Positions 48,738 to 57,897 of a stretch of DNA of 61,212 nt are shown in pieces (position 1 is the first letter of the stretch; every line of letters starts with the position of its first letter). Position numbers and translations under genes: made by a program. The notes under the pieces are model-generated. The model worked only from the letters and a program-made list of their open reading frames with translations, was not told the DNA's origin and did no database searches. Origin of the DNA: an uncultured Bacilli bacterium (GTDB taxonomy: Bacteria > Bacillota_I > Bacilli_A > RFN20 > CAG-449); NCBI GenBank assembly GCA_947627505.1, contig CANQWG010000004.1, positions 1-61,212 on the forward strand, written 5' to 3'.

Positions 48738-49718
48738 TTAATTTAAATACAGAAATGATGAATGCTGGAAATCGATCTGATAGACGATAAGATCGCTTCC
48801 GCCACAATTTTCATGATCAAGTGTGACGGCGTTTATAGTATTGTTCCAATAGGTTTTAAAATAATAAATTAATTCTTTTAAATCGATGCAACATGAATAG
48901 ATGGTGTAGACACACCCTTGATTTTGATTTTTTACCGAACCTTTCAAGGGACTTACGGCGTCAAGGACATGAAAGAATTGTGCTACCGCTTCATCGTAAC
49001 TTTCGATTTGAAGACTATTACAGGTTAAAAAGCTCGCTTTGACAAACCGCGACGGCGAAGAAAAATCACCCGGAAGGCCTAATCCGCCCATCCCGTTTGA
49101 AAAAGGCATCAAATCGAGGGCTTGGCTAAATCGATTAGACGGGTATGCCGAAGTCAAATTGATATAATTGGCAATATTTTCCTGATGATAAGGAAATGGC
49201 GGATTATTGGTCATTACGTTGTACACATCATCGTAAACTTTAAGACCACTTTCAGTCGATTCGATGACTATCGATCGCTCGTTATCGGAAATCATCCAAT
49301 GTAATGGCACTGTCAACACGATCTCATCGAAACTTTTATCGACCAACTGTGTTTTTTTTATGATTTCTTTGACCTCTTGAATATTCTGACATTGTCTTAG
49401 AATGAATGGGATTATCTCAAATGGCGTGATGTTGACTTTGCTAGGATAAAACGGAAAATAATGCGAATTGCTCGGAAATTCTAAAGCCGCGATACAGAGT
49501 CCCTTTTCGTTTACCGCTTCAGCGTATAACGGATAATTTTTATAGACGGTCGCCATTCCTAGAATCGCTAAATGACGATCTTCAATTTCGCAATAATTGA
49601 ATTTAAACTGATAATTTCGCGGTGTAATCACGACCTTTTGCGCAAACATTTCGGCACTATCTAAAGTTCTTCCGAAAAATACTTGCTCTTTCCATTTCCA
49701 CCTAATCGCCGTACACAT
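48738..49718 (-). CDS. Choloylglycine hydrolase family (bile salt hydrolase / penicillin V acylase-like) Ntn hydrolase
   Basis: MCTAIRW... carries the nucleophile Cys2, taken from ATG 49718 behind an AGGTGA RBS. The longer track ORF (to 49997) overlaps the upstream gene and is rejected. Confidence 0.8.
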   Translation of the reverse strand: MCTAIRWKWKEQVFFGRTLDSAEMFAQKVVITPRNYQFKFNYCEIEDRHLAILGMATVYKNYPLYAEAVNEKGLCIAALEFPSNSHYFPFYPSKVNITPFEIIPFILRQCQNIQEVKEIIKKTQLVDKSFDEIVLTVPLHWMISDNERSIVIESTESGLKVYDDVYNVMTNNPPFPYHQENIANYINLTSAYPSNRFSQALDLMPFSNGMGGLGLPGDFSSPSRFVKASFLTCNSLQIESYDEAVAQFFHVLDAVSPLKGSVKNQNQGCVYTIYSCCIDLKELIYYFKTYWNNTINAVTLDHENCGGSDLIVYQIDFQHSSFLYLN

Positions 49719-49803
49719 ATAATCACCTAATAATGTATGTGCATCAAAAAAAAGAATTATGATAAGAAAACGGATAAAAAAAACTTCCTTTTCAGGAAGT
49801 TTT

Positions 49804-50268
49804 CTATTCATCGTAGTCGTCAAATTCATGTCTCTTTTTGCGTCTCTTTTTAAAGACCAAGAACGCGATAAGAGCCAAGATAACCCACAAACAGAGATAT
49901 GTGATTTCGTTGTTGATAATGTCAACGACAATTTGCGGTAAAGAAACAGATGACAATGAAGTTTTAATGAACTCGCAAATGATGGTGTTAACCACATCGA
50001 TTGGATGAGTTACAAGCGTAAGACCATAAGTGACATACGGCATATATCCATCGGTTTTACCAAAGAAATCTTTTAGTGCATCTAAATGAAGCACGAAATT
50101 TAAAATCGCCAAAAGCGCGATGAAATTGAAAAGTCCTGCAATCCAACTTCTAAAGCGACATACAAAGGATGAAAAGAAAATTGGAAGCAGCATCACGCCG
50201 ATGATGACTAAAGCTTGTAGAATATCAAGTGATTCAAACGGAAACACAACACCGAGAAGCATATTCAT
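49804..50268 (-). CDS. Small polytopic membrane protein, unknown function
   Basis: 154 aa with about 4 TM segments and a basic/acidic tail. It lies 67 nt downstream of the SMC-like gene. Confidence 0.45.
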   Translation of the reverse strand: MNMLLGVVFPFESLDILQALVIIGVMLLPIFFSSFVCRFRSWIAGLFNFIALLAILNFVLHLDALKDFFGKTDGYMPYVTYGLTLVTHPIDVVNTIICEFIKTSLSSVSLPQIVVDIINNEITYLCLWVILALIAFLVFKKRRKKRHEFDDYDE

Positions 50269-50335
50269 AATAATTTACCCACACTTTCATTTAGATTATA
50301 TTTTCTTTTAGCAATAAATGCAAGATATAAAATAT

Positions 50336-53300
50336 TTAAACACGGATTTCAAAGCGACCGACTTGAGAACGATTGTTATTTCTCGTCACGACCAAAGTTT
50401 CGTCGGCGATCTTCGAGATGTGTTGCACCTTATCTGGTGGTGCTGAAAGAATCACTTGAAGTCCGAATTTTTCAAGGATTGCAATTGCTTCGATAATTCT
50501 CGCGCTATCCATCTTTGAGAAAGCTTCGTCGAAGATCACAAGTCGTGTGCAATTAGAGGTGCTCTTACTACCATTGATACGATAAAGTTGCGAGAAAGAT
50601 GCCAAAATCGAAATATAGAACGGAGTCTGCGTCTCGCCCCCTGAAGCTTGATTGATCATGTAAGATAACGAATTGACGCGATCGCCTTTTTTCGAAAGTA
50701 AGTCAAACAACAGATAAGAACGATAATCGGTAAATTTAGCTACATTTTGTTCCAAAACCGCATTTTGATCGCGCGAATTAGAAACATCACCGATGGCTTT
50801 AAAGAGGCTATCCATCGTCTCTTTGTACTTTTCAAGATAAGTTTCATCATTGCCACTTGTCAAAAGCAGATCGTCCATAATCATGTTGTAGTAATCGAGA
50901 TATTCACTGCGTGGTTCGACGCGGAATTCATAGGTGTCTTCACCGAATTGCGAATCGCGAATCGCCTCATTTAGTTCCTCGATTCGGGCAATCGCCATAT
51001 TGATCGAAGTGTTAAGTTTATGAATAAAGTGATCTTTGAATTCTTTTGAAGCCTTTTCGTAAGCGTCTTGAATCTTTTCTTGATATTCCGGAAGTTTGAC
51101 GTCGCGGATGTTGATTAAATCGCGTTCGTAATCGTCATTGTTTTCGGCTTGTACATCGTAACTGAGGCGATAAGTGAGGACATAGTCGCGACGCAATTCA
51201 AACAAAGCCGCCTTCAGACTATTGATCTTATTTTGGGCTTTGATGTAAATTTCATCGTAACGTTCTCTTATCTGCGGTAATGAATCGCCAGTTTCCTCTT
51301 CGTTATGGAAAGTAACCATCGCCACATTGTTGACAAACTCTTGATCAAATTTTTCTTCTAGTTCTTTGAGCAAAGCAGAAGCAGTGTTCATTTCAAAAGG
51401 AATTTTTTCGTCATTGATATTTTGAATGGTGGCTTTTAAAGTACCCTTTTGCATTACCAATTCTTGAATCTCATTAGCGATATTTTCTAGATCGAGATTG
51501 ATCCGATTGATTTTCTCGTCGAGAACCGAAATTTCTGAAGAACCCGACTCTTCAAGTTCCGCTTCGTAAGTTTTTAAGTTACGGCGTAAACCTTCAAGAC
51601 TTTCAGCCTCATTTAAAGCAGCGGTGGCACTATTCAATTCGTTGTTGTTAATCACGTCTTGACCATTGACCTCTTGCAATAACGCGATCACCGTTCGATA
51701 AGTTTCGGCTAAATGTTCTTTTAAAGCCAGTTCTTCTTCGGTTTGCTTTAAACTCTCTTTTGAAATTTGGCGACCCAAAAGCGCGTATTTATAATTGCTT
51801 TCGGGAATCACAAATGAAGAGAAGTTTCGATAACCTTCACAGGTAGGAGTAATGCCACGACCTCTAGCACGAGCTTCGCTCAAATCGGCGCATTTGTAAA
51901 TGCGACCCATTAAGAAGTTGGTATAATCACGAGCCCCGTCATGGTCCGTTAAAATTTCTTCAGCCAAAGAATTGCGTTCCGCGATGAAATTTTGCTCATG
52001 TAATTTTTCACTGTCGACCAGCCCGGTTCGATAATAGTGATTGCGGCGCATGATTTCTGGTAAAATTCGATTGGCCGCATCGTAATACTCCTCTTCAACG
52101 AACATATTGAGTTTTTGCGAAGAGATAAAACCTTCGATAGCATTCACCCATTTTGGTGATTTGACATCGACCAAATCGGCGTAGATGTAAACTTTGATTT
52201 TTTTGCCATAATGATTGGAAAGCGCATTTTCGAGTTGATTGCGGACTTGAACTAATTGATAATCATAAAGTTTGCCGCCGATATCGCTATTAGCTTGTTG
52301 CTGTTTGGTATAATTGATATCTTGCACCAATGTCGCAAGATCTTTCTTCAAAGAAAAAGCCAATTCGCTACAGGCGCTTTTAAAAGCGATCGTCGCATCG
52401 CGGAAATCACCGATTACCTGCGGTTCGATATTTTCTTTCGTTTGAAGCACTTGGCGCAATTTGGAGGCAGTATCCCTAACATCTTTGCAAGCAGAAAGAA
52501 TCGCTTTAGAATCGATGCTTGACGTCAGTTGATCCTCTTTGAGACTTTCAAAGCAAGCTTCTACTTTATTCGCCAAATTATTAAATTCGTTGATATAGGA
52601 ACCGAATTTCTTTTGAATGTCGTTGATGCTTGCTTCAAGTCGTTCGATTTTCTCTTTGGTCCGCGTTCTTGAATTTTTCAAATCGGCGGTCAATTGATAA
52701 GCTCCGTTTCCAACTTTCGAAGCGATGTATTGTTCTTTTAAAGTGTTGAGTTCTTTGCTTTGATTTTCAAGTTCTTGAACTTCGCGATCGATTTCTTGAA
52801 GACGTTCCTTTGAAGCGGTGATATCATCGCGAAGCGTCTGTATCCGATTGAGATGCATTTGATAAGTCACACGTTTAGAAATGTAACTGGCTAGATTCAA
52901 TTCATCTTTTTTGCTAGCAAATTGATTGTAGACTTCTTGAATGTCTTCAAGTTTTTTGATTTTCACTTGCATAGCTTCCGCTTCAATTTCCAATTTTTTG
53001 TATTGGCGGATATTTTCCTGCATCACATCGATATTGATTTCGCTTGGAACATCACAAACATAATCGGTGATGAATTGTTCGATATTGGTGATCGGTTGAA
53101 AAGAGACTGCCTTTTTAAATAGCGAAAAATATTTATCGGACAAATTACCGAATTTCTTTTTGAGCAATTTTTGATATTGGGCGTTAGTTTCCGTAAAGAT
53201 AAAACGACCATCATAATTTTCTTTGAAGAATTCTAAAAGGGTCTCATATGACATCGGAACATCGTCAATCACGAAATTGTTGCTTGGGAATTCACTATCT

Positions 53301-53689
53301 AAAATGAAAAATTTGTGTTCTTCGCTACCATCGTCATAGACGTCAAAGACGATACCCATCGTGAAATCACAGTCTTCATAGTCATCGTGAAACTGCATCG
53401 CGATATAAGATGAAAAGCGACCGCTTCTTAAATAAGTGACACTCCCTTTTCCATCTCCCCCGGTTTGTCCCCGCAAGTAACTTTTCAAAGTACGACCGGA
53501 TTTTTCATTAGCGGCTTTGTTAAACGATCTTCCGGTAGTATCGCCAAGCAAAACCACTTGCATCGCATCGATGAGAGTCGATTTACCGGAAGCATTCTCA
53601 CCGGTCAAAAAGTTAACTTTACCGAACTCCATGGTTACATTTTGAAAATAATGCCAGTTAATTAGGCGCATTTTTGTTAATAATTTCAT
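50336..53689 (-). CDS. jetC: SMC-like ATPase, JetC/MksB-like
   Basis: 1117 aa. The N-terminal head has Walker A (LTGENASGKSTLIDA). A very long coiled-coil region rich in E/K/L/Q follows. The C-terminal head has SGGETQ (signature) and VIFDEAFSKMD (Walker B). Confidence 0.75.
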   Translation of the reverse strand: MKLLTKMRLINWHYFQNVTMEFGKVNFLTGENASGKSTLIDAMQVVLLGDTTGRSFNKAANEKSGRTLKSYLRGQTGGDGKGSVTYLRSGRFSSYIAMQFHDDYEDCDFTMGIVFDVYDDGSEEHKFFILDSEFPSNNFVIDDVPMSYETLLEFFKENYDGRFIFTETNAQYQKLLKKKFGNLSDKYFSLFKKAVSFQPITNIEQFITDYVCDVPSEINIDVMQENIRQYKKLEIEAEAMQVKIKKLEDIQEVYNQFASKKDELNLASYISKRVTYQMHLNRIQTLRDDITASKERLQEIDREVQELENQSKELNTLKEQYIASKVGNGAYQLTADLKNSRTRTKEKIERLEASINDIQKKFGSYINEFNNLANKVEACFESLKEDQLTSSIDSKAILSACKDVRDTASKLRQVLQTKENIEPQVIGDFRDATIAFKSACSELAFSLKKDLATLVQDINYTKQQQANSDIGGKLYDYQLVQVRNQLENALSNHYGKKIKVYIYADLVDVKSPKWVNAIEGFISSQKLNMFVEEEYYDAANRILPEIMRRNHYYRTGLVDSEKLHEQNFIAERNSLAEEILTDHDGARDYTNFLMGRIYKCADLSEARARGRGITPTCEGYRNFSSFVIPESNYKYALLGRQISKESLKQTEEELALKEHLAETYRTVIALLQEVNGQDVINNNELNSATAALNEAESLEGLRRNLKTYEAELEESGSSEISVLDEKINRINLDLENIANEIQELVMQKGTLKATIQNINDEKIPFEMNTASALLKELEEKFDQEFVNNVAMVTFHNEEETGDSLPQIRERYDEIYIKAQNKINSLKAALFELRRDYVLTYRLSYDVQAENNDDYERDLINIRDVKLPEYQEKIQDAYEKASKEFKDHFIHKLNTSINMAIARIEELNEAIRDSQFGEDTYEFRVEPRSEYLDYYNMIMDDLLLTSGNDETYLEKYKETMDSLFKAIGDVSNSRDQNAVLEQNVAKFTDYRSYLLFDLLSKKGDRVNSLSYMINQASGGETQTPFYISILASFSQLYRINGSKSTSNCTRLVIFDEAFSKMDSARIIEAIAILEKFGLQVILSAPPDKVQHISKIADETLVVTRNNNRSQVGRFEIRV

Positions 53690-53698
53690 AATGGCCTC

Positions 53699-54313
53699 CT
53701 AAAATTCTTCCCCTTCGAAGTTTTGAATATCTTCAAAGATTTTGTTGATTCTTTCATTGTCGATTACATAGAGAATCGATGGAAGAATATAAAATTGCAA
53801 ATTGCGATCGCGATAATCGCCGGAAATTCTAGCGATAATATTGTGCTGTTCCAAAAATCGGTAAGCAGTGGCAAAAGTAACCTGGGGAACCTTCTTATCA
53901 CTTCGCACTAGCGATTTGTCATTAAGAATTTTATTGACCTCAGATGCAGTAAAATATACTTCGGAGGTCGTTTGATTTTTTTCTTTTTCGCATTCATAGG
54001 CGTAACGTAAACAATAGATAATAAGCGACGTCATAAAATCGAGACGAATGCGATTATCTTGAAATTCATTGCTGATTATGATTACTCCAAGTCGAGAATC
54101 TTTTTCAACAATCCACCCCGTGTAAGCCAAATATTCGCGAATTAAATCGATGTTTCGTTCGACAAAATAATAATCGCGATTGGATTTTATAATTTTGCTA
54201 TGACGATCATAGTTTTCACGGAGTAAGAATGATTTAAGCATCAATTCGTTGACGATTCGCGCAAAATCGTCACGTTCATGTTCAGATAATTTGTTGTATG
54301 TTTCTTCGAACAT
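53699..54313 (-). CDS. jetB: JetB/MksE-like (DUF4194-like) subunit
   Basis: 204 aa, taken from ATG 54313 behind an AAGGGAG RBS. The pattern ARIVNELMLKSFLLRE...IREYLAYTGWIVEKDSRLGVI resembles DUF4194. It is sandwiched between the kleisin-like and SMC-like genes. Confidence 0.6.
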   Translation of the reverse strand: MFEETYNKLSEHERDDFARIVNELMLKSFLLRENYDRHSKIIKSNRDYYFVERNIDLIREYLAYTGWIVEKDSRLGVIIISNEFQDNRIRLDFMTSLIIYCLRYAYECEKEKNQTTSEVYFTASEVNKILNDKSLVRSDKKVPQVTFATAYRFLEQHNIIARISGDYRDRNLQFYILPSILYVIDNERINKIFEDIQNFEGEEF

Positions 54314-55745
54314 TCTTATTCTCCCTTCTTTCAAAAGTGTAGTTTGGCATCGAAAATTTTTCATTGACGAATTGGTCGATCGTCTTTTGATAATCGATGC
54401 TATAAAACGAATTGTAATCGTTGGATTTGACAGTACCAAGAATCAAATAGATAAAGTCATTGATGTTTTTAATATCGATTTCAGAGACCGTAACTTTATC
54501 GTTATCACCGAAAGCATCATCCATGAAATCGAGGACTTTATCGTCAGTAAACATCAAGTCTTCCTCATCGATTATCGAAGAGAAATCGTTGCTTTCGCTT
54601 TCTTCTTCGATCGTTAAAGGTGCAGTTTCAATGCGTTCACTGCGGTGAATCGGTTTTTGTAAACTATCAGCATCAAAATAACATTGACGAAAAAGCGTGA
54701 CCGAATTAGTGATATCGCGAATGATCGTCGGGTATGATTGTCCTTTTTCGTGACGTTCACCGGCTTCGGTCTTGGCAACCGCGAGAAAAATCGTCTCCAG
54801 TTTTCCTTTGATCGATTTATCATTGTTATTCAAATAAATCACTTTTTCAGCGCTCGCTTTAGTGTAAGCCGCGCGAGTCTTATCAATTTCATTCATTTCT
54901 AGCGATAAACGTGAATAAGTATCGCGGATATAGTTGATTTTATCGATAATTTGATTTTGAAGTTCCTCTAGTGTTGCTTCAGGTTGCTCGACTTTAGCTT
55001 GTTCAGCAATCTTTTCTAAAACACTTGGAGTAATCATCCATCGTTTAAGGATGATATTGATCGGTTCACTATAAAGAATTATCGAATCCGTAGTCTTTAA
55101 CGGGTGATATAAAGGATCCAAGACATCTTCTCGTGCAATATCAAAGTGCTGTCTTAATACATCGTTTGGTGTAAAAATCGTCGACAGTTGATTTTGAAAC
55201 ACGCGGATTGAATGATCTAATGTCGTCATTTGAAGCGAAAGATCTTTAGTGCGTGTCACAGCGTCATTCAATGCTTTATACATGTATTCGGGTTGTTCTT
55301 CATCGGCATTTTTCAATTCGATGTAAGTGGAATGAACGTTGCTTACGTAACGTGTCGAAGACGAATCGACGAATTCATAAATGATTTTAAGCAATGCTAC
55401 CGAATAACTGGGTACCAAAACATACTCGACTCCCGTTTTAAAATCAACATCAACCACAATCCATCCGGTATCGACCAAACGTCTAAAGACTAAATTGATT
55501 TTTGATTGTAAAGTGGGTTGAAAGATGACGTCGTCATCGACATCACCCTCTACCGAAACATCGAAAGTCTCCAAATCTTTATCGACTCGCCCCTTTAAAA
55601 GATCAATGTAGTCAGATTTACGGATTTTATTGCGATATATTGTAAGACAATCATATAATGCCACTAAAGCAACACCATAGATATTCTTATTTTTAGATGA
55701 CAAAATCGAGAAGAAATTCTCAGGAATTTTAGCAAATAAATTCAT
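54282..55745 (-). CDS. jetA: JetA/MksF-like kleisin candidate
   Basis: 487 aa and first gene of the three-gene operon (AGGAGG RBS). Assignment rests on size and position, plus an acidic linker before the C-terminal domain. I saw no unambiguous motif. Confidence 0.45.
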   Translation of the reverse strand: MNLFAKIPENFFSILSSKNKNIYGVALVALYDCLTIYRNKIRKSDYIDLLKGRVDKDLETFDVSVEGDVDDDVIFQPTLQSKINLVFRRLVDTGWIVVDVDFKTGVEYVLVPSYSVALLKIIYEFVDSSSTRYVSNVHSTYIELKNADEEQPEYMYKALNDAVTRTKDLSLQMTTLDHSIRVFQNQLSTIFTPNDVLRQHFDIAREDVLDPLYHPLKTTDSIILYSEPINIILKRWMITPSVLEKIAEQAKVEQPEATLEELQNQIIDKINYIRDTYSRLSLEMNEIDKTRAAYTKASAEKVIYLNNNDKSIKGKLETIFLAVAKTEAGERHEKGQSYPTIIRDITNSVTLFRQCYFDADSLQKPIHRSERIETAPLTIEEESESNDFSSIIDEEDLMFTDDKVLDFMDDAFGDNDKVTVSEIDIKNINDFIYLILGTVKSNDYNSFYSIDYQKTIDQFVNEKFSMPNYTFERRENKNVRRNIQQII

Positions 55746-55795
55746 GTTAAACCTCCTGTAATTATCATATCAAAAAAAAAAAACTAAAGATAGTC

Positions 55796-55836
55796 TAAAA
55801 AGTAATTTATTTTGCAATTTTCGATAGTTATTTTAA
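55796..55836. repeat. 41-bp direct repeat, left copy
   Basis: TAAAAAGTAATTTATTTTGCAATTTTCGATAGTTATTTTAA is identical to 59465-59505. It lies 51-91 nt upstream of the jetA ATG. Confidence 0.95.
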
Positions 55837-56150
55837 CGGCTTAATTAAAATAAAAAAATCAATTTTTAATTTGCCCACCAATAGTAGATTGATCCAATCA
55901 ATATTAAAACAATTTTACTCATAAAATTAAGAAAAAAAATATTATCGACGTATAAATCACCAACGTATTAATTGTGACCACAACAAGGATATTTTCGCAT
56001 ATCAAAACAAAAGTTATCTTTAATGTCTTTCACAGAAAAATGACATTAAAAAAACTTACAACCATCGACGTTATATGCATTAATATGATTGTAATAAATA
56101 ATGTGCTTTAAATTTCAAATCATACTTCAATATAGTTTTGCAAGAAAAAA

Positions 56151-57518
56151 TTAAATTCGTTCTTTTAAATTAACGGCTATCAACGCTTCTTCCAATTTAT
56201 CTTTAATACTTTTTATAAAACCTTCCTGCCCTAGAGAAACTATTTCATCATAAGTCCATTTATACTCAAGCAGTATTTCTGGTATGACAAGTACTGGATT
56301 TTTTTTACCCGTCAAATGCTCCTTTAGTGATAAAAAAGTTTGTTCATCAATCACTTTATCGTCATATAATTTTCGATAGAGATCTATCGCCTCTTGTGGC
56401 GTGCAAGTCTTTATCAAATTAATATTGTTTTTCCAATATGCAATATATTGATCTATAGAAGAAACAATCTTATGGTCATATGATGTATATGATTTTTTAA
56501 TGTTTCTTCCTCGTTTATACTGGAGGTGTAAAGTTTCACACAAAAAATCAATATGATCCTTTGAAAGTTCCAATCCATTAATTTCGCTCATCATTGAACG
56601 CGCACTTGATTGTTTAGGACCAAAAGCTAAAGATAAACTTATTGAATCACTTTTTATTATCAGATTAACTTCTCCAAGCCATTTATAATTTACTTTGCAT
56701 CTCCAAGTATTATACCTTCTTTTATCTATTGCGCCATTATGAACTTGTGAAAGAATTTTTTCTCCAAAAGGAATTGTTAATTTTTCTCTAATGCTTTCAT
56801 CTGATTGACAAGCAACAATAAAATTATCCAAACCAATATATCCTAAGATGGTCAAGTATTCGACAAATTGATTAGTGGTGAACGTATCAAGTGTAAGAAA
56901 CAAATCAACTATTTCGCTGTATTTTTTATAAATAACATTACTTTTGTTTTCCGTTATTAACAAACTTTTTTCAATGTGATTATTAATTTGATCGGGATTT
57001 AGATTGTGTAATTTGTTTTCTAAGGCAATAATGTATTGAGGATTTTCATCAATATAAATCAAAATCCATCCATCCGGAATCGAGCCATCTTTTTTGTTTT
57101 GTAGATAATCTTTAACTTCGTTTTCAGTTGCTTCCTTACATTCTCTTTCATCTTTTATTGTTATAGATAATTCATTGTAAATTGCTTTGTACAATTCTTT
57201 TTTGTTTTTAGTATCTTGACCACTAAATCCCCAACATTTACCCGTGGGACTAAATCCAAACATTATTCTATTATCGATAGGGAAACTTTTAATTCGATCT
57301 TCAGCTGGTTTTTTTTGAAGATAACAATCAACTTTTAAATTTCCCTCTTTCAAATCAATTGAAAACAATTTAGTAATAACTTTTCGCTTCAAATCATCAG
57401 ATAAACTGTCAATCGAATTAATAAAAGCTTTTGTTATATTATTTTCCAAATGTGGTTTTCCCTCATATTGCCAAAAAATATTCAAATGTGGATCTCTAAA
57501 ACTTTTATAATTTAACAT
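56151..57518 (-). CDS. PD-(D/E)xK-type nuclease-motif protein with a C-terminal domain of unknown function
   Basis: 455 aa with a GAGGAGA RBS. The N-terminal half shows a helix with conserved E (HLENNITKAF), then SIPDGWILIY...(13 aa)...IIALENKLH. That gives the PD...ExK arrangement of restriction-endonuclease-fold enzymes. No motif is recognised in residues ~200-455. Confidence 0.45.
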   Translation of the reverse strand: MLNYKSFRDPHLNIFWQYEGKPHLENNITKAFINSIDSLSDDLKRKVITKLFSIDLKEGNLKVDCYLQKKPAEDRIKSFPIDNRIMFGFSPTGKCWGFSGQDTKNKKELYKAIYNELSITIKDERECKEATENEVKDYLQNKKDGSIPDGWILIYIDENPQYIIALENKLHNLNPDQINNHIEKSLLITENKSNVIYKKYSEIVDLFLTLDTFTTNQFVEYLTILGYIGLDNFIVACQSDESIREKLTIPFGEKILSQVHNGAIDKRRYNTWRCKVNYKWLGEVNLIIKSDSISLSLAFGPKQSSARSMMSEINGLELSKDHIDFLCETLHLQYKRGRNIKKSYTSYDHKIVSSIDQYIAYWKNNINLIKTCTPQEAIDLYRKLYDDKVIDEQTFLSLKEHLTGKKNPVLVIPEILLEYKWTYDEIVSLGQEGFIKSIKDKLEEALIAVNLKERI

Positions 57519-57703
57519 TTTTTTCTCCTCTATTATTTTTGCGGGTTTTGAAGCATATTATTTTTCTAATAGATTTTTATCTAATTTCTAAAAATCATTT
57601 ATCAAATACGCAATATAATAAGTACCCTTAAATTTTTTATCATTATTTTACATTTGCTTTCTATTGCATCTTTTTATTTTGCTAGAATTGCAAACAATAC
57701 AAT

Positions 57704-57847
57704 TCATTTTTTATTACCTTTGACATATGGTAAATTTGAAGTTCTAACCGCTCTTTTTACAAGTTTTGACTGTTCTGCCAAATATTTGTTTCTATCCATG
57801 GGTCTATTAAGACTATCAATAAAAGCATTTGCAAGTTTTTTAAGCAT
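57704..57847 (-). CDS. Unlisted 47-aa basic ORF between the WYL gene and the nuclease-like gene
   Basis: MLKKLANAFIDSLNRPMDRNKYLAEQSKLVKRAVRTSNLPYVKGNKK, preceded by AAGGAG with an 8-nt spacer before the ATG. Confidence 0.45.
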   Translation of the reverse strand: MLKKLANAFIDSLNRPMDRNKYLAEQSKLVKRAVRTSNLPYVKGNKK

Positions 57848-57897
57848 AAATAAGCTCCTTGTTCATAATTTCATCTCTAAACGCAGCAAATTTTTAT

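Noticed and set aside
48738-49997. The 419-aa version of the hydrolase ORF
   Set aside because: The first 93 codons overlap the upstream membrane gene (49804-50268) and look like non-coding translation. Ntn hydrolases of this family begin Met-Cys, which occurs at ATG 49718 behind an RBS.
53699-54439. The 246-aa version of the jetB-like ORF, and similar N-terminal extensions at 6092, 18930, 23116, 28107, 29360, 31535, 37608 and 61096
   Set aside because: The extensions lack RBSs, overlap upstream genes or use non-ATG starts. Internal ATGs with good Shine-Dalgarno sequences give family-typical N-termini.
55889-55905. TTGAT-CCA-ATCAA mini-palindrome in the cassette spacer
   Set aside because: The arms are only 5 bp in AT-rich DNA, which is expected by chance.
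56151-57518. The 455-aa protein as a displaced JetD
   Set aside because: IIALENKLHNL superficially resembles the JetD Toprim VENL motif. But it is preceded by PD at the spacing of a PD-(D/E)xK site, no downstream DxD or GD.D Toprim motif is visible, and the domain order does not fit JetD (Toprim would be N-terminal here). A profile search should confirm.
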